64,000 nt of DNA from Mucilaginibacter sp. (GCA_028287975.1 JAQBOP010000011.1:649-64648), one strand, 5' to 3'; counted from the stretch's first letter, positions 48,872 through 59,547 are shown. Numbers and translations are program-made. The notes: a model not told the origin generated them from the sequence alone.

Positions 48872-51800
48872 ATGAAAAATAAACCTTTACTATTAAAAAT
48901 GAGAAGGATAACATTTTTCCTGTTATTCACTAGTTTCAGTATGATTGGAACAGCCCACGCAGATAAGGGGAAAGATCATTCAAAATCTTTTCAACAATCA
49001 AGCCATTCAACAAGTCATAATGCCGTTATAGCCCCGGTGGTTATAAAAGGTAAAGTGATTGATGATAAAGGACAAGTTATGCCGGGCGTAACCGTGAAAT
49101 ATAAAGAAACGGATATTGGGACAGTAACAAATGCTAACGGAGAATATTCACTCAGCCTACCTAGTCAAACAGGCACATTAGTATTCTCATTTGTGGGCTA
49201 CAAAACCATAGAAATAGCTGTGGGCGAAGAAAAAATCATCAATGTTACACTTACCGCACTATCCGGCATGTTAAACGATGTTGTCGTAGTTGGGTACGGA
49301 ACGCAAAGTAAAGCAAAAGTATCAGGAGCTATCACCACAGTAACAGCAAAAGATGTCGCGTTAAGCCCTTCACCAAACTTAGGAGCCGGTCTGGCCGGGC
49401 GTGTCCCGGGTGTTGTGATCAATGATCGCGGTGGTGAGCCCGGCAATGATGGAGTATCGATATTTATAAGAGGGGTTAGTACGAACGGGAATGCTTCGCC
49501 ATTGTATGTAATTGATGGGATTGTTCGTGATTATGGCGATCTAAATTTTATCCCCCCCGCTGACGTAGAATCAATTACAGTTTTAAAAGATGCTTCGGCC
49601 GCAATATATGGTTCAAGAGCAGCAAACGGCGTTATTTTGGTTACTACCAAACGTGGCAAATTGGGAAAGGCGACAATTAACGCTACTTACAATCAGGCTT
49701 GGGAGCAGCCACAACGAATTCCGGAGTCGGCTGATGCTTATACATTTGCCACAATGGCTAATTTGGAACAGGAGCTTAGGGGATTACCTCTCCCATATTC
49801 TTCAAGTGATCTGGAATTGTATAAAAACGGCAAAGATCCTTTAGGTCATCCAAACACTAATTGGCAAGATCTTACTATAGCTAAGTGGCAACACCAGGAA
49901 CGTGCAGACGTAAATATCACGGGCGGCACTGAGGGTGTCAAATATTACGTTGGTGCCGGGTACCTTCATGATGGCACTCCATTTGTCGATGGTTTTACTT
50001 ACGACAAGCAGTATCATTTTATATCAAACATTGATGCACAGATCAATAAAGATCTAAAAGTGTCACTTAATCTCTCCGGTAGAGTAAGAAACAATGTTTC
50101 CAGCCTTATGGATTGGGCGCATATTTTTCTCGGTTTACCTAACCAGGTCGGAATTTATCCTAATGGCTTATTTGGTTCCGGCAGATCCGGATATAGTGCG
50201 CTATTGATGGCGAGAGATCCAGATTACGGATATTATCAACAGAATGCCGGAAACTTTACCAGTACGGCCTCTGCAGAATATAAAATACCCGGTGCTGATG
50301 GGTTAACCTTGTCAGGAAATTTCGCCTATGATTATGACAACAATTATAACAAAACCTGGAAAGGCGTATCTTATTATTATGTATTAGATCCAAAAACTGG
50401 TATTTATAACAAGATGCAGAGTTCTAATACTGCATCGCCAAACTTAGGTGTTAACTTCCCCGCCGGCAATTCTGTTACTTCCAATATCAAGCTTGCATAT
50501 AATCATGTATTTTCTGATGTACATGCCATCGACGCGTTTGTGGGCTTTGAACAAAATACGACTTCATCCTACAATATAAGTGCTGGCCGTTCTAATTACG
50601 CCAGCGGATCGATAGCAGAACTTTTTGCCGGTGATTCCAATACTGCTAACCAGTCGAATAACGGGTCATCATCAAGGACAGGTCGTGAAAATTTGTTTGG
50701 TCGGGCGTTATATACTTATGACAACAAATACAATGTCCAGTTTCAGTTCAGGTACGATGGCTCTGACAATTTCGCGCCGGGCAAACGTTACGGTTTTTTC
50801 CCGGGTATCTCAGGTAACTGGATCCTTTCGAAAGAGGATTTTCTAAAAGATGTTAAATGGGTAAATAACTTAAAGATCCGGGGTTCATGGGGAGAATTAG
50901 GTAACGATAATGTCGGCGCTTACCAATATTTGACGTCCTATAAATATGGAAACAATTATCCTTTTAACAGTACGACCAATCAAGGTTTGGTACAAGCCAA
51001 CGCTCCAAACCCGAATATAACCTGGGAGGTTGCTAAGACCACAGATATCGGCCTTGACGGCAGCTTTTTAAATGGGGGGTTAACAGCAACTATTGATGTT
51101 TTCAGAACTATCCGCAGCAACATACTTGCACCAAGAAATGCATCAGTACCCGCATATACAGGCTTAAGTCTGCCCGATGAAAACATTGGCCGGATAAAAA
51201 ACCAGGGAATTGAGCTTGAGCTGTCAACCAGCGGCCATATTGGTGAATTTAAATATACCGTTGAAGGTAACTTTACCTATGCCAAAAATACAGTGCTTTT
51301 CGTAGATGAAACTCCCGGAACACCCGCTTATCAACGAGCAACAGGAGCATCGTTAGGTACCGATGTATTGTACGAGACCAATGGTATTTTTAAGAGCCAG
51401 GCTCAAATCGACGCGACTCCGCATCTCGGCGGGGTAGTGCCGGGCGATTTGATCTACGTGGATTATAACCACGACGGTGTGATCAATAATTTGGACCAGA
51501 TTCGTCAAAAGTATGGCCCGACACCTCAAATCGTTTATGGCACAAATTTCAATTTTGGCTATAAAAACTTTAACCTGATTTTGGGATTCCAGGGCCAGGG
51601 CCAGGCATTTGGAGAAAAATATACCTCTTATCCATTTGATCCTATCGGCTGGGGGGATTTTGCAACCGCCGAATCGAAAAATGTATGGTCACCTGCAAAC
51701 CCAAATGGAACAAATCCTTCCCCGGGGCAGAATTTTGACAACGGCACAACAAATACCAACTTCCGATACGCGAGCATGTCATTTTTAAAACTTAAAACTG

Positions 51801-52000
51801 CTGAAATCGGCTACACATTTGGCAGTCAGCTCCTTAATAAGGCCGGTGTGAAAAGCGCCAGGGTTTTTATTAATGGTACAAACCTTTTCTTTATTCATGA
51901 CAACTTCAAAGACATTAATCTGGACCCTGAACAAACCAATTGGGGATGGGGACTGGATCAGTTAAGAGTAATTAATTTAGGTATAAACATCACTTTATAA
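48872..52000 (+). CDS. SusC/RagA TonB-dependent transporter
   Basis: VVVVGYGTQ, PLYVIDG, LKDASAAIYGSRAANGVILVTTKRG, RYDGS, ITWE, C-terminal GINITL. Confidence 0.96.
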   Translation: MKNKPLLLKMRRITFFLLFTSFSMIGTAHADKGKDHSKSFQQSSHSTSHNAVIAPVVIKGKVIDDKGQVMPGVTVKYKETDIGTVTNANGEYSLSLPSQTGTLVFSFVGYKTIEIAVGEEKIINVTLTALSGMLNDVVVVGYGTQSKAKVSGAITTVTAKDVALSPSPNLGAGLAGRVPGVVINDRGGEPGNDGVSIFIRGVSTNGNASPLYVIDGIVRDYGDLNFIPPADVESITVLKDASAAIYGSRAANGVILVTTKRGKLGKATINATYNQAWEQPQRIPESADAYTFATMANLEQELRGLPLPYSSSDLELYKNGKDPLGHPNTNWQDLTIAKWQHQERADVNITGGTEGVKYYVGAGYLHDGTPFVDGFTYDKQYHFISNIDAQINKDLKVSLNLSGRVRNNVSSLMDWAHIFLGLPNQVGIYPNGLFGSGRSGYSALLMARDPDYGYYQQNAGNFTSTASAEYKIPGADGLTLSGNFAYDYDNNYNKTWKGVSYYYVLDPKTGIYNKMQSSNTASPNLGVNFPAGNSVTSNIKLAYNHVFSDVHAIDAFVGFEQNTTSSYNISAGRSNYASGSIAELFAGDSNTANQSNNGSSSRTGRENLFGRALYTYDNKYNVQFQFRYDGSDNFAPGKRYGFFPGISGNWILSKEDFLKDVKWVNNLKIRGSWGELGNDNVGAYQYLTSYKYGNNYPFNSTTNQGLVQANAPNPNITWEVAKTTDIGLDGSFLNGGLTATIDVFRTIRSNILAPRNASVPAYTGLSLPDENIGRIKNQGIELELSTSGHIGEFKYTVEGNFTYAKNTVLFVDETPGTPAYQRATGASLGTDVLYETNGIFKSQAQIDATPHLGGVVPGDLIYVDYNHDGVINNLDQIRQKYGPTPQIVYGTNFNFGYKNFNLILGFQGQGQAFGEKYTSYPFDPIGWGDFATAESKNVWSPANPNGTNPSPGQNFDNGTTNTNFRYASMSFLKLKTAEIGYTFGSQLLNKAGVKSARVFINGTNLFFIHDNFKDINLDPEQTNWGWGLDQLRVINLGINITL

Positions 52001-52009
52001 TCTTAGACA

Positions 52010-53620
52010 ATGAAACTTAAATATATCGCATTGATGTCCGGACTTTTGCTGCTGGGCTCGTGCAAAAAAAATGTTTTAGATATTACCCCTACGGATAGAA
52101 TATCAGAATCAAGTGTATGGACAGATCCAACACTTCCTCAATTGTTTATCAATGCACAGTATAATGCATTGCAGGATGGCTTTACCCAGGATGTTCAATA
52201 TTTCGGGGATGAGTGTTATACGGTTTACGATTTAGGCCATTATTTGAACACCATTGGCAAAGATGCCGTTACACCGGATAATATCAACGGTTTGCCTCAC
52301 ATGTTTTATTATTGGAATGATGGCTATACTGCTATCAGAAATTTCAATTTATTTTTTGACAATATCGATAAAGCACCTGTAAGCGCAGATATAAAGGCGC
52401 AGATGATCGCAGAAGTTAAATTCTTACGTGCATTTGTTTATGCCAGGCTGATCTGGAACTACGGTGGGATACCAATCATAGAAAAAGCTTACACATTAAA
52501 CGAAACCCTTACAGGGGTGAAGAGAAATACTTATGATGAGTGTGTTACATATATTTTAAATGATTTAAATGCCGCAATTGCTACGCTGCCAGCCCAGCAA
52601 ACAGGAGCCAACCTTGGCAGAGCCTCGGCTGATGCTGCCAGAGCGCTAAAGGCACGTGTATTGCTTTATTACGCAAGTCCCTTAAATAACCCGTCTAATG
52701 ATCAGCAAAGATGGAAGGACGCCTCCGATGCAGCCTTGGATCTAATTAATACAAACCACTATTCTTTAGCTACAGATTACCATAGCTTGTTTATCGGCGG
52801 AGCCAATAACGAGATCATCTTTGGCAGATATTATTCAACTGCTAATGCAACTAACATTGGGTTTTATAGCGGGCCGCAAGGAAACGGAGGATATAACCAA
52901 AGGCAACCAACTCAGAATTTGGTAGATGCCTACGAAATGACAAATGGTGTTATCCCGGTTATAAATGGTGCGGTGAATCCAGATCCTAACAACCACTATG
53001 ATCCTAACAACCCATATGTTAACCGCGACCCAAGATTCTACGCGTCCATACTTTATAATGGCGCAACATTTAAAGGGAGGCAATTTCAACCATATAAAGG
53101 CGGTACAGATTTTAACGGAAATGATGCTACAGCAACAGGCTATGGCATGTACAAATTTATTGATCAAAACCAGCCTGTAGCCTTCACCAACCCTTATACC
53201 TATCCATGGGTATTCTTTCGCTTAGGTGAAGTTTACCTGAATTACGCAGAAGCTCAATACAACCTGGGTAATGAAGATAACGCCAGGCTTTATATCAATA
53301 AGGTCCGGGCGCGTGTGAACATGCCGCCTATTACAGAATCTGGAACTGCGTTATTTAATAGACTTGTTCACGAACGTCAAGTTGAACTGGCATTTGAAGT
53401 TCATAGGTATTACGATACCAGGAGGTGGAAGATCGCACCGCAAACAGAGGTGCAACCATTACAGGGATTTATTATTACTGACAACGGAAACAATAATTTT
53501 AATTACAATCGTGTCAACCTGGCCACCCGTTCCTGGGGTGATAAATTATATTATTTGCCGATTACCACCCAGGAAGTACGTTCGAGTGGCGGTAGCCTGG
53601 CACAAACTACAGGATATTAA
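52010..53620 (+). CDS. SusD/RagB glycan-binding lipoprotein
   Basis: Lipobox LGSC; EVKFLRA, RDPRF, FRLGEVYLNYAEA, ERQVELAFE.HRYYD.RRW. Confidence 0.95.
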   Translation: MKLKYIALMSGLLLLGSCKKNVLDITPTDRISESSVWTDPTLPQLFINAQYNALQDGFTQDVQYFGDECYTVYDLGHYLNTIGKDAVTPDNINGLPHMFYYWNDGYTAIRNFNLFFDNIDKAPVSADIKAQMIAEVKFLRAFVYARLIWNYGGIPIIEKAYTLNETLTGVKRNTYDECVTYILNDLNAAIATLPAQQTGANLGRASADAARALKARVLLYYASPLNNPSNDQQRWKDASDAALDLINTNHYSLATDYHSLFIGGANNEIIFGRYYSTANATNIGFYSGPQGNGGYNQRQPTQNLVDAYEMTNGVIPVINGAVNPDPNNHYDPNNPYVNRDPRFYASILYNGATFKGRQFQPYKGGTDFNGNDATATGYGMYKFIDQNQPVAFTNPYTYPWVFFRLGEVYLNYAEAQYNLGNEDNARLYINKVRARVNMPPITESGTALFNRLVHERQVELAFEVHRYYDTRRWKIAPQTEVQPLQGFIITDNGNNNFNYNRVNLATRSWGDKLYYLPITTQEVRSSGGSLAQTTGY

Positions 53621-53624
53621 AATT

Positions 53625-53659
53625 AAAGGGTAGCCAGGCATAATGCCCGCTACCCTTTT
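53625..53659 (+). terminator. Hairpin/terminator after the SusD-like gene
   Basis: AAAGGGTAGC...GCTACCCTTTT. Confidence 0.7.
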
Positions 53660-53809
53660 GCCATATTTTTATATTAATCTTAATGTGATTTATATTGAGT
53701 CCAAATCCTTGCGCTGCACAATCCCCAAAAAAGGAAAAAGGAAACCATTATCAGTGAACTGCAAACAGGCTTTTTGAAACATTAAATCGCCAGGATACCC
53801 AAAAAATTT

Positions 53810-56800
53810 ATGATAAAATTTAATTTTAACAAACTTTACAAAGTATTATTCTTAACGTCATTTTATTGTTTGCATTTGCGGCCTTGTATGGCACAAATTA
53901 TATCTGCTAAAGCACCTTTCATGCCTTCGCAGTCGGAACTCAATCGGCCTTTCGCAAGGTACGATGAACTGTCGTTTCAGTCGCCGCCAAAAGTTGACTT
54001 TCCCGAAACCTATATGTATTTTATTGGTGGAAATGTTTCAAAAGAAGGAATTACAGCCGATTTGGAAGCGATTGCTAAAGCCGGTTTTTCAGGCATCCAA
54101 TTATTTCACGGGCAATTTGGCGGCGCATGGCCCGGAGTTCAGCCTCAAATAACTATTCTAAGTCCCAATTGGGATGACGCAATAAAACACACGGCGAAAG
54201 AATGTAAACGCCTTGGTTTAAAATTCCTGATGAACAACACCCCGGGATGGGCTACATCTGGTGGCCCCTGGATTAAACCGGCCAATGCGATGCGCAGCTT
54301 GATTTGGGGCCGTACAGATATATCCGGGGGCAAGCTTATTACTCAGATAATACCTATTCCGCAGCCCAGTTCAGAAACCTGGCGTGATTATAAAGACGTA
54401 ACATTACTTGCCTTTCCTACACCTGAGGGCGACTCGGGCGAACCGCTTATTCCGGAATCAGTAACAAGCAACACAAGTTTTGATTGGTTGCCACATTTTA
54501 CAGGGCAAAGTAAAGGTGCTGTCCATTTAACGCCTTCCACTCCTGAACAGCCTCATACGTTAGAAATTACTTTTTCTAAAGATGTTGCACTCCGAAGTAT
54601 TGTGTTTCCAAGTGTTTTTAGTTTTAATGGTGATTGGTGTTATGTTCCCGGAGTAAAAGTCGTGTTACAGGCTATTTTGCCGGATGAAAGTACAAAAGAG
54701 GTTGCAAACGTTGATATGCCGCAATCAAACTGGCAGGATACAACGCCAATTACTTTGGCTTGTTCTGAAATTCCGGGAGTTAGACGATATCGTATATCTA
54801 TTTCGAACAAACACGATATGACAATCAGATCACTTCGTTTATTTACCACTGCAAGGAAAAACAACTGGGAATCCGAAGCCGCATGGACATTAAGGAGCCT
54901 TTTACGTACCGGCGAAAATCCTCAACAATCCCCGGCCGCATTCATCAACCCTGATAGTATTTTGGATATTTCAGATAAGATAGATAAAGATGGGAAGCTT
55001 ACCTGGAACGCACCAAAAGGCAACTGGACCATCCTCCGTTTTGGGCATGTAAATATGGGAAAGAAAAACTCACCAGCGCCGGCCGAAGCCACAGGTTGGG
55101 AAGCAAATAAGTTTGCGAAATCAGGAGCGGATGCACATTTTGCAGGCTATATAGGACGTCTTTCCGGAAAAAACGGGCCGCTGACGGGAGGACTACTTGA
55201 CGGGATGCTGATCGATAGCTGGGAATGTAGTACTCAAAGCTGGACTGATGATATGGAAAATGAGTTTAAGCGCGTATCTGATTATTCCCTTCGGGCCTGG
55301 CTGCCTGCTTTACTTGGTTATGTGGTAAAAGATCATGAAACAACCACGCGGTTTTTAACTGATTGGCGCAGAACATTAAATGATCTGTTTACGAATAACT
55401 TCTATGGCCGGATGGCTAAATTGACGCATAACAATGGGTTGAATTTTACTTTCGAGACCGCAGCCGGGGATGTCATGCCAGGCGACATACTCGAATATTA
55501 TAAATATGCCGATGTCCCAATGTGCGAGTTTTGGCAACCTATAACTGACAATTTTGTGGGTTCTTTAAACTTCAAACCAATTAAACCTACCGTTTCTGCA
55601 GCAAGGATGTATGGAAAACCACGTGTCGCGGCCGAATCATTTACGTCATTTGCGCTTACATGGGATGAACATTTCGAAATGCTGCGGGAAGTTGCTAATG
55701 TGAATGCGGAAGAAGGCATAAGTCATTTTGTATTACACACGTATACACTGAATCCTGAAAAGCCCTTCCTTCCTCCCGGTACATCATTTGGTACAGGAAT
55801 TGGCACCCCATTCTTACGCGGGCAAACCTGGTGGCCATATATGTTGGATTTTAATAAATACCTCGCCAGATGTACTTATATGCTTGAACGAGGGAAGCCT
55901 GTATCTGATGTTTTGTGGTATCTCGGAGACGAAGTTGATCACAAACCGGATCAAAATGCCAGTTTTCCCACAGGCTTTAAATATGATTACTGTAATCCTG
56001 ATGTATTGATTAACCGTCTAAGTGTAAAGCACGGAATGTTGACAACGCCCGAAGGGATTCAATACCGGATTTTATGGTTGCCGAATACACAGCGAATGTT
56101 ATCCGCAACATTGGAAAAATTATATTCATTAATACAAAATGGTGCAACCATAGTCGGTGAAGCACCAACAGGCCTAGCCACACTTGCAGGGGGAAACACA
56201 GAAAGGCAACAATTTGATGAGTTAGTAAAAAAAATCTGGGGTGTATATCATGAAAACATTAGAAACATTGGCAAGGGTTCTGTTCTTTCAGGCATGTCGC
56301 TGGAGAAAGCATTGAATACAGCAAAAATAAAACCTGATGTAATCGGCGGCGACGCACTATGGTCACACAGGCGAACCCAAGGTGCCGACTGGTATTTCAT
56401 CAGTGCACCTAAGGGTAAAGGGTTTATGGATGAATTAAGTTTCAGAGCAAATGGAAATACCGAGCTTTGGGACCCAGTTACCGGAACTTCAGAACCTCTT
56501 GAAAGTCATCGGAGTGGCAATCGTACAAACATTAAACTCAATCTGGCCAAATCGACTTCATGTTTTGTGGTTTTTAAACATACTAACCCTATAAAATCGA
56601 ATGCTAATACACCTAAACAATTGTCTTCATTCCCGGTTTTAGGTACTTGGACAATTTCATTTCCTGTGGGCTGGGGTGCCCCTGCGCATTTAAAGCTTAA
56701 AGATCTGCAACCTTGGAAAGATCTTAACCTTTCGCCTGAAGGAAAAGCCTTTTCAGGCACAGCCACTTATACAACAACCTTCATTGTCAACAAAAAAGAC

Positions 56801-57109
56801 CCTTTAAAAAGATATATTATTGATTTAGGTGATGTAAATATGGTGGCATCAGTAACTGTTAACGGCAAAACGGTCGGTAATTTATTAGCCCCTCCTTATT
56901 GTATTGATTTGAAAGATGTTATTAAGTCGGGCCATAATTCACTGGAAATTAAAGTGACAAGTACATGGTTCAATCGTCTCGTCTATGACGCAGCCCAACC
57001 TGAAGAAAATCGAAAGACTTGGGTAATAAGCGGCCCAAACCGTGATGCAATTTTACGACCATCTGGATTAATGGGGCCGGTAGTAGTAAAGGAATTTTCT
57101 CTTAAATAA
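53810..57109 (+). CDS. GH106 alpha-L-rhamnosidase-like glycoside hydrolase
   Basis: GNVSKEGITADLE, GWATSGGPW, IDSWE, DVPMCEFW, AAESFT, PSGLMGPV. Confidence 0.88.
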   Translation: MIKFNFNKLYKVLFLTSFYCLHLRPCMAQIISAKAPFMPSQSELNRPFARYDELSFQSPPKVDFPETYMYFIGGNVSKEGITADLEAIAKAGFSGIQLFHGQFGGAWPGVQPQITILSPNWDDAIKHTAKECKRLGLKFLMNNTPGWATSGGPWIKPANAMRSLIWGRTDISGGKLITQIIPIPQPSSETWRDYKDVTLLAFPTPEGDSGEPLIPESVTSNTSFDWLPHFTGQSKGAVHLTPSTPEQPHTLEITFSKDVALRSIVFPSVFSFNGDWCYVPGVKVVLQAILPDESTKEVANVDMPQSNWQDTTPITLACSEIPGVRRYRISISNKHDMTIRSLRLFTTARKNNWESEAAWTLRSLLRTGENPQQSPAAFINPDSILDISDKIDKDGKLTWNAPKGNWTILRFGHVNMGKKNSPAPAEATGWEANKFAKSGADAHFAGYIGRLSGKNGPLTGGLLDGMLIDSWECSTQSWTDDMENEFKRVSDYSLRAWLPALLGYVVKDHETTTRFLTDWRRTLNDLFTNNFYGRMAKLTHNNGLNFTFETAAGDVMPGDILEYYKYADVPMCEFWQPITDNFVGSLNFKPIKPTVSAARMYGKPRVAAESFTSFALTWDEHFEMLREVANVNAEEGISHFVLHTYTLNPEKPFLPPGTSFGTGIGTPFLRGQTWWPYMLDFNKYLARCTYMLERGKPVSDVLWYLGDEVDHKPDQNASFPTGFKYDYCNPDVLINRLSVKHGMLTTPEGIQYRILWLPNTQRMLSATLEKLYSLIQNGATIVGEAPTGLATLAGGNTERQQFDELVKKIWGVYHENIRNIGKGSVLSGMSLEKALNTAKIKPDVIGGDALWSHRRTQGADWYFISAPKGKGFMDELSFRANGNTELWDPVTGTSEPLESHRSGNRTNIKLNLAKSTSCFVVFKHTNPIKSNANTPKQLSSFPVLGTWTISFPVGWGAPAHLKLKDLQPWKDLNLSPEGKAFSGTATYTTTFIVNKKDPLKRYIIDLGDVNMVASVTVNGKTVGNLLAPPYCIDLKDVIKSGHNSLEIKVTSTWFNRLVYDAAQPEENRKTWVISGPNRDAILRPSGLMGPVVVKEFSLK

Positions 57110-57433
57110 TTATAACAATCCTAACGCAAAACTAGTGCATGAGGTTGCACCCAAATGCTGAAAGAAGGAATTTGCATTGCTGTAGCGTAGTATCGAAACA
57201 CAAAGCAAGCCGAGGCAACGAGAAAATCAAATTCCAATTCAAATGGAAAAGCCGTTATCTGATTAAAGGTTTGCACTAAATAGAGAGACCTTTGCCTAAA
57301 ATGGCAAGGGCTCCTTATTAGAACGTTTCAAAAGTTAAGAAATGCTATGTATTATGGAGATGTTACCTCCGCTTGTGTCGAAATGTAGCAGCCACGTTCA
57401 ATAGAATCGCCGCTCAATGCTTTAGTAAAATTA

Positions 57434-57683
57434 GTAGCGGTAACGATAAGTATTTGAAACAGTTATCAAAGCTTTTAGAGATTTTGGCTGAGATTTCTGA
57501 AAACAATGAAAAGAATAATAGTAACTGCAAATTCGAGGGCGCTGAAAATCAAATAATTAGCGATAAGGGTATTTTGCTTCCTTCTGATAATGAGAATAAT
57601 ACGTAATAAATAGCAGGATGGCACTATCGGGTAAAAGTCTTTTTGGCTGCCGTAATATCGACCTTGTATTATGGCTATGAAAG
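57434..57683 (+). repeat. 250-bp direct repeat, copy 2
   Basis: ~85% identical to 30808-31057, same orientation, same GTAGCGG left boundary. Confidence 0.92.
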
Positions 57684-57969
57684 AGGGCTACAGCTTTATT
57701 TTTTGCTTGATATAGATATTTGGTTCCTGTACTTAACGCGGCGGGCAAAAAACAGTCCCTATTTCGCATTTTAAGGCGATATTGCGGGGTGAATGGGAAT
57801 CTATTAGAACACTTGGAGGGAATTTTAGAAGTTATTAAAGAGGTCTTCAAGACAAAGTTTCAAGCTGAGATATGTCGTTGGGCACAGCAAATGGGGGCTT
57901 CTCGAACCATTTTTTGATGATTTAAGAAAATCATCCCCATTATCAACATGATAAATAAAGGCACAATAA

Positions 57970-58011
57970 AAGAACCTATAAATGATTTGAAAAATTCATT
58001 TATGGGTTCTT
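57970..58011. terminator. 16-bp inverted repeat
   Basis: AAGAACCTATAAATGA...TCATTTATGGGTTCTT downstream of the NmrA/SDR unit. Confidence 0.55.
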
Positions 58012-58049
58012 CAATAATGATGCTGACATAGCCTTAACTTATCAAGAGA

Positions 58050-58352
58050 CTCTAATATTACTTATTTACCATTTTGAACGCATCGTTATAGGTTGTGGTC
58101 CGGGACATTTGGTATATGCCAGCGGTATTACTTGTGTGCACCTCGTAGGTATCGTGGCCGAGTCTTCAGGATTATTGATATCACCGACCACATAGCTAAC
58201 CTCAACTAATTTTCTGCCGCTTGTTTTAGTTTGCTTTCTGTCCGACCCAAAATTACAACACGGTTGTTTTTTTCAATCAGTTGTTTGGCAATTGCGAAGC
58301 CGATACCAGAGCCTCCGCCGGTAATTAAAACAACTTTATTAGTAATTTCCAT
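58050..58352 (-). pseudogene. SDR oxidoreductase pseudogene
   Basis: MEITNKVVLITGGGSGIGFAIAKQL, frameshift to VVILGRTESKLKQAA, then stops; 3' limit approximate. Confidence 0.8.
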
Positions 58353-58363
58353 TTGTTTTCCTT

Positions 58364-59242
58364 TTAAGCGGTAAAAGCAGCGCGGTTTTTATCGATAAAT
58401 TCAGCGAAAGAAATCGGCTTTTTACCGGTAATCTCTTCAATTTTGTGGTTAAAGTTTGGCAGTCCAAAAATATTGTCACCTCCTGTTTTGCCGATGTGAT
58501 CTTTAAAATAATCGTAGCCTCCAATGCCAATCAAATCAGCCATCTCTTGTACACTTACCTGTTCGTACACAATGTCTTTCCCTAAAGTTTGACCAATTAT
58601 TTCACCCAGCTGAGTATAGCTCAACACTTCGGGTCCGAAGAGTTGATAAACCTGTCCGGTGTGCTGTTCGGGATCGGCTAGTATGGCAGCTACCGTGTGG
58701 CCGAGGTCTTCACCGGCTACGGGTGCGTGCACTGCATCAGGAGGAAAGCTCATTTTCAACTGGCCGGATTTGATTTGGCCGGAGACATATAAGAACCATT
58801 CAGAAAAAAATGTAGGTCGTACGTGGGTTACCGGAATACCCGTCCAGTTAAAAACTTCTTCCGAAAGGAAATGGCGGATAGTCGCTGGGCTTTTTGAAGT
58901 TGATGTTACCTGTTTCTGGGACATGTTCACAATGAGTTCAGCACCTGCCTCTTTTGCGGCCTGCGCAAATATCACCGTGGCATCCAGCAAGGCCGGACTC
59001 AGGGGATAAACAAAGTAGCCTCTTTTAGCACCTTCCCAGGCTGGCCTGACATCGTCCAGGTTTTGGAGATCTCCAACAAAGATCTCGGCGCCAAGCGCTT
59101 TTAGCTTTGCCGACCTGTCATCTTCTTTATGCACAAATGCGCGCACATCAAATCCTTTTTGCAGAAGAGCTTCTACTGTAGGGGTGCCTGTTGCACCGGT
59201 AGCACCGGTAATTAAGATTTTAGTTTTTCCCATTGTCGTCAT
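58364..59242 (-). CDS. NmrA-like NAD(P)H-binding protein
   Basis: ILITGATGATG, VRAFVHKED, GDL, VRPTFF, GPEVLS. Confidence 0.88.
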   Translation of the reverse strand: MTTMGKTKILITGATGATGTPTVEALLQKGFDVRAFVHKEDDRSAKLKALGAEIFVGDLQNLDDVRPAWEGAKRGYFVYPLSPALLDATVIFAQAAKEAGAELIVNMSQKQVTSTSKSPATIRHFLSEEVFNWTGIPVTHVRPTFFSEWFLYVSGQIKSGQLKMSFPPDAVHAPVAGEDLGHTVAAILADPEQHTGQVYQLFGPEVLSYTQLGEIIGQTLGKDIVYEQVSVQEMADLIGIGGYDYFKDHIGKTGGDNIFGLPNFNHKIEEITGKKPISFAEFIDKNRAAFTA

Positions 59243-59324
59243 TTGATTTAACGGTGTAAAATTATATCCTATAAATCTTAATTAAATACCAATTGGTACA
59301 AAATGACAAAACTATGTTTTTTAT

Positions 59325-59528
59325 TAGAACAGTGTTCTATAATATTGTATCGTCAAACTTGCGGATATTAAATGGCAGACTGGATGAGGTTCATATTATC
59401 ACTATATGGGTACGAAGGCAGGCTTTAGTTGCCGTATCAAAGTAATGAAAGGCGCAGATTACATATAATAAAAGGAAAAACTAAAATTGTAAATCTATTT
59501 TTTTGTTAATTTATTGAACACTGTTTAA
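59325..59528. promoter_or_regulatory. Pair of palindromic operator-like sites
   Basis: TAGAACA-g-TGTTCTA (59325-39) and TTGAACA-c-TGTTTAA (59514-28). Confidence 0.5.
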
Positions 59529-59547
59529 ATATAATACAATAATCAAT

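Larger units (their letters stand above)
29516..57683. mobile_element. Decayed genomic island / accreted accessory region (limits approximate; may extend further right)
   Basis: Truncated resident gene at the left edge, integrase relic, 250-bp direct repeats, at least six gene fragments, modular cargo. Confidence 0.55.

Noticed and set aside
52975-53015. Short tandem repeat GATCCTAACAAC in the SusD-like gene
   Set aside because: Two copies encoding the ordinary DPNN/YDPNNPY SusD loop.
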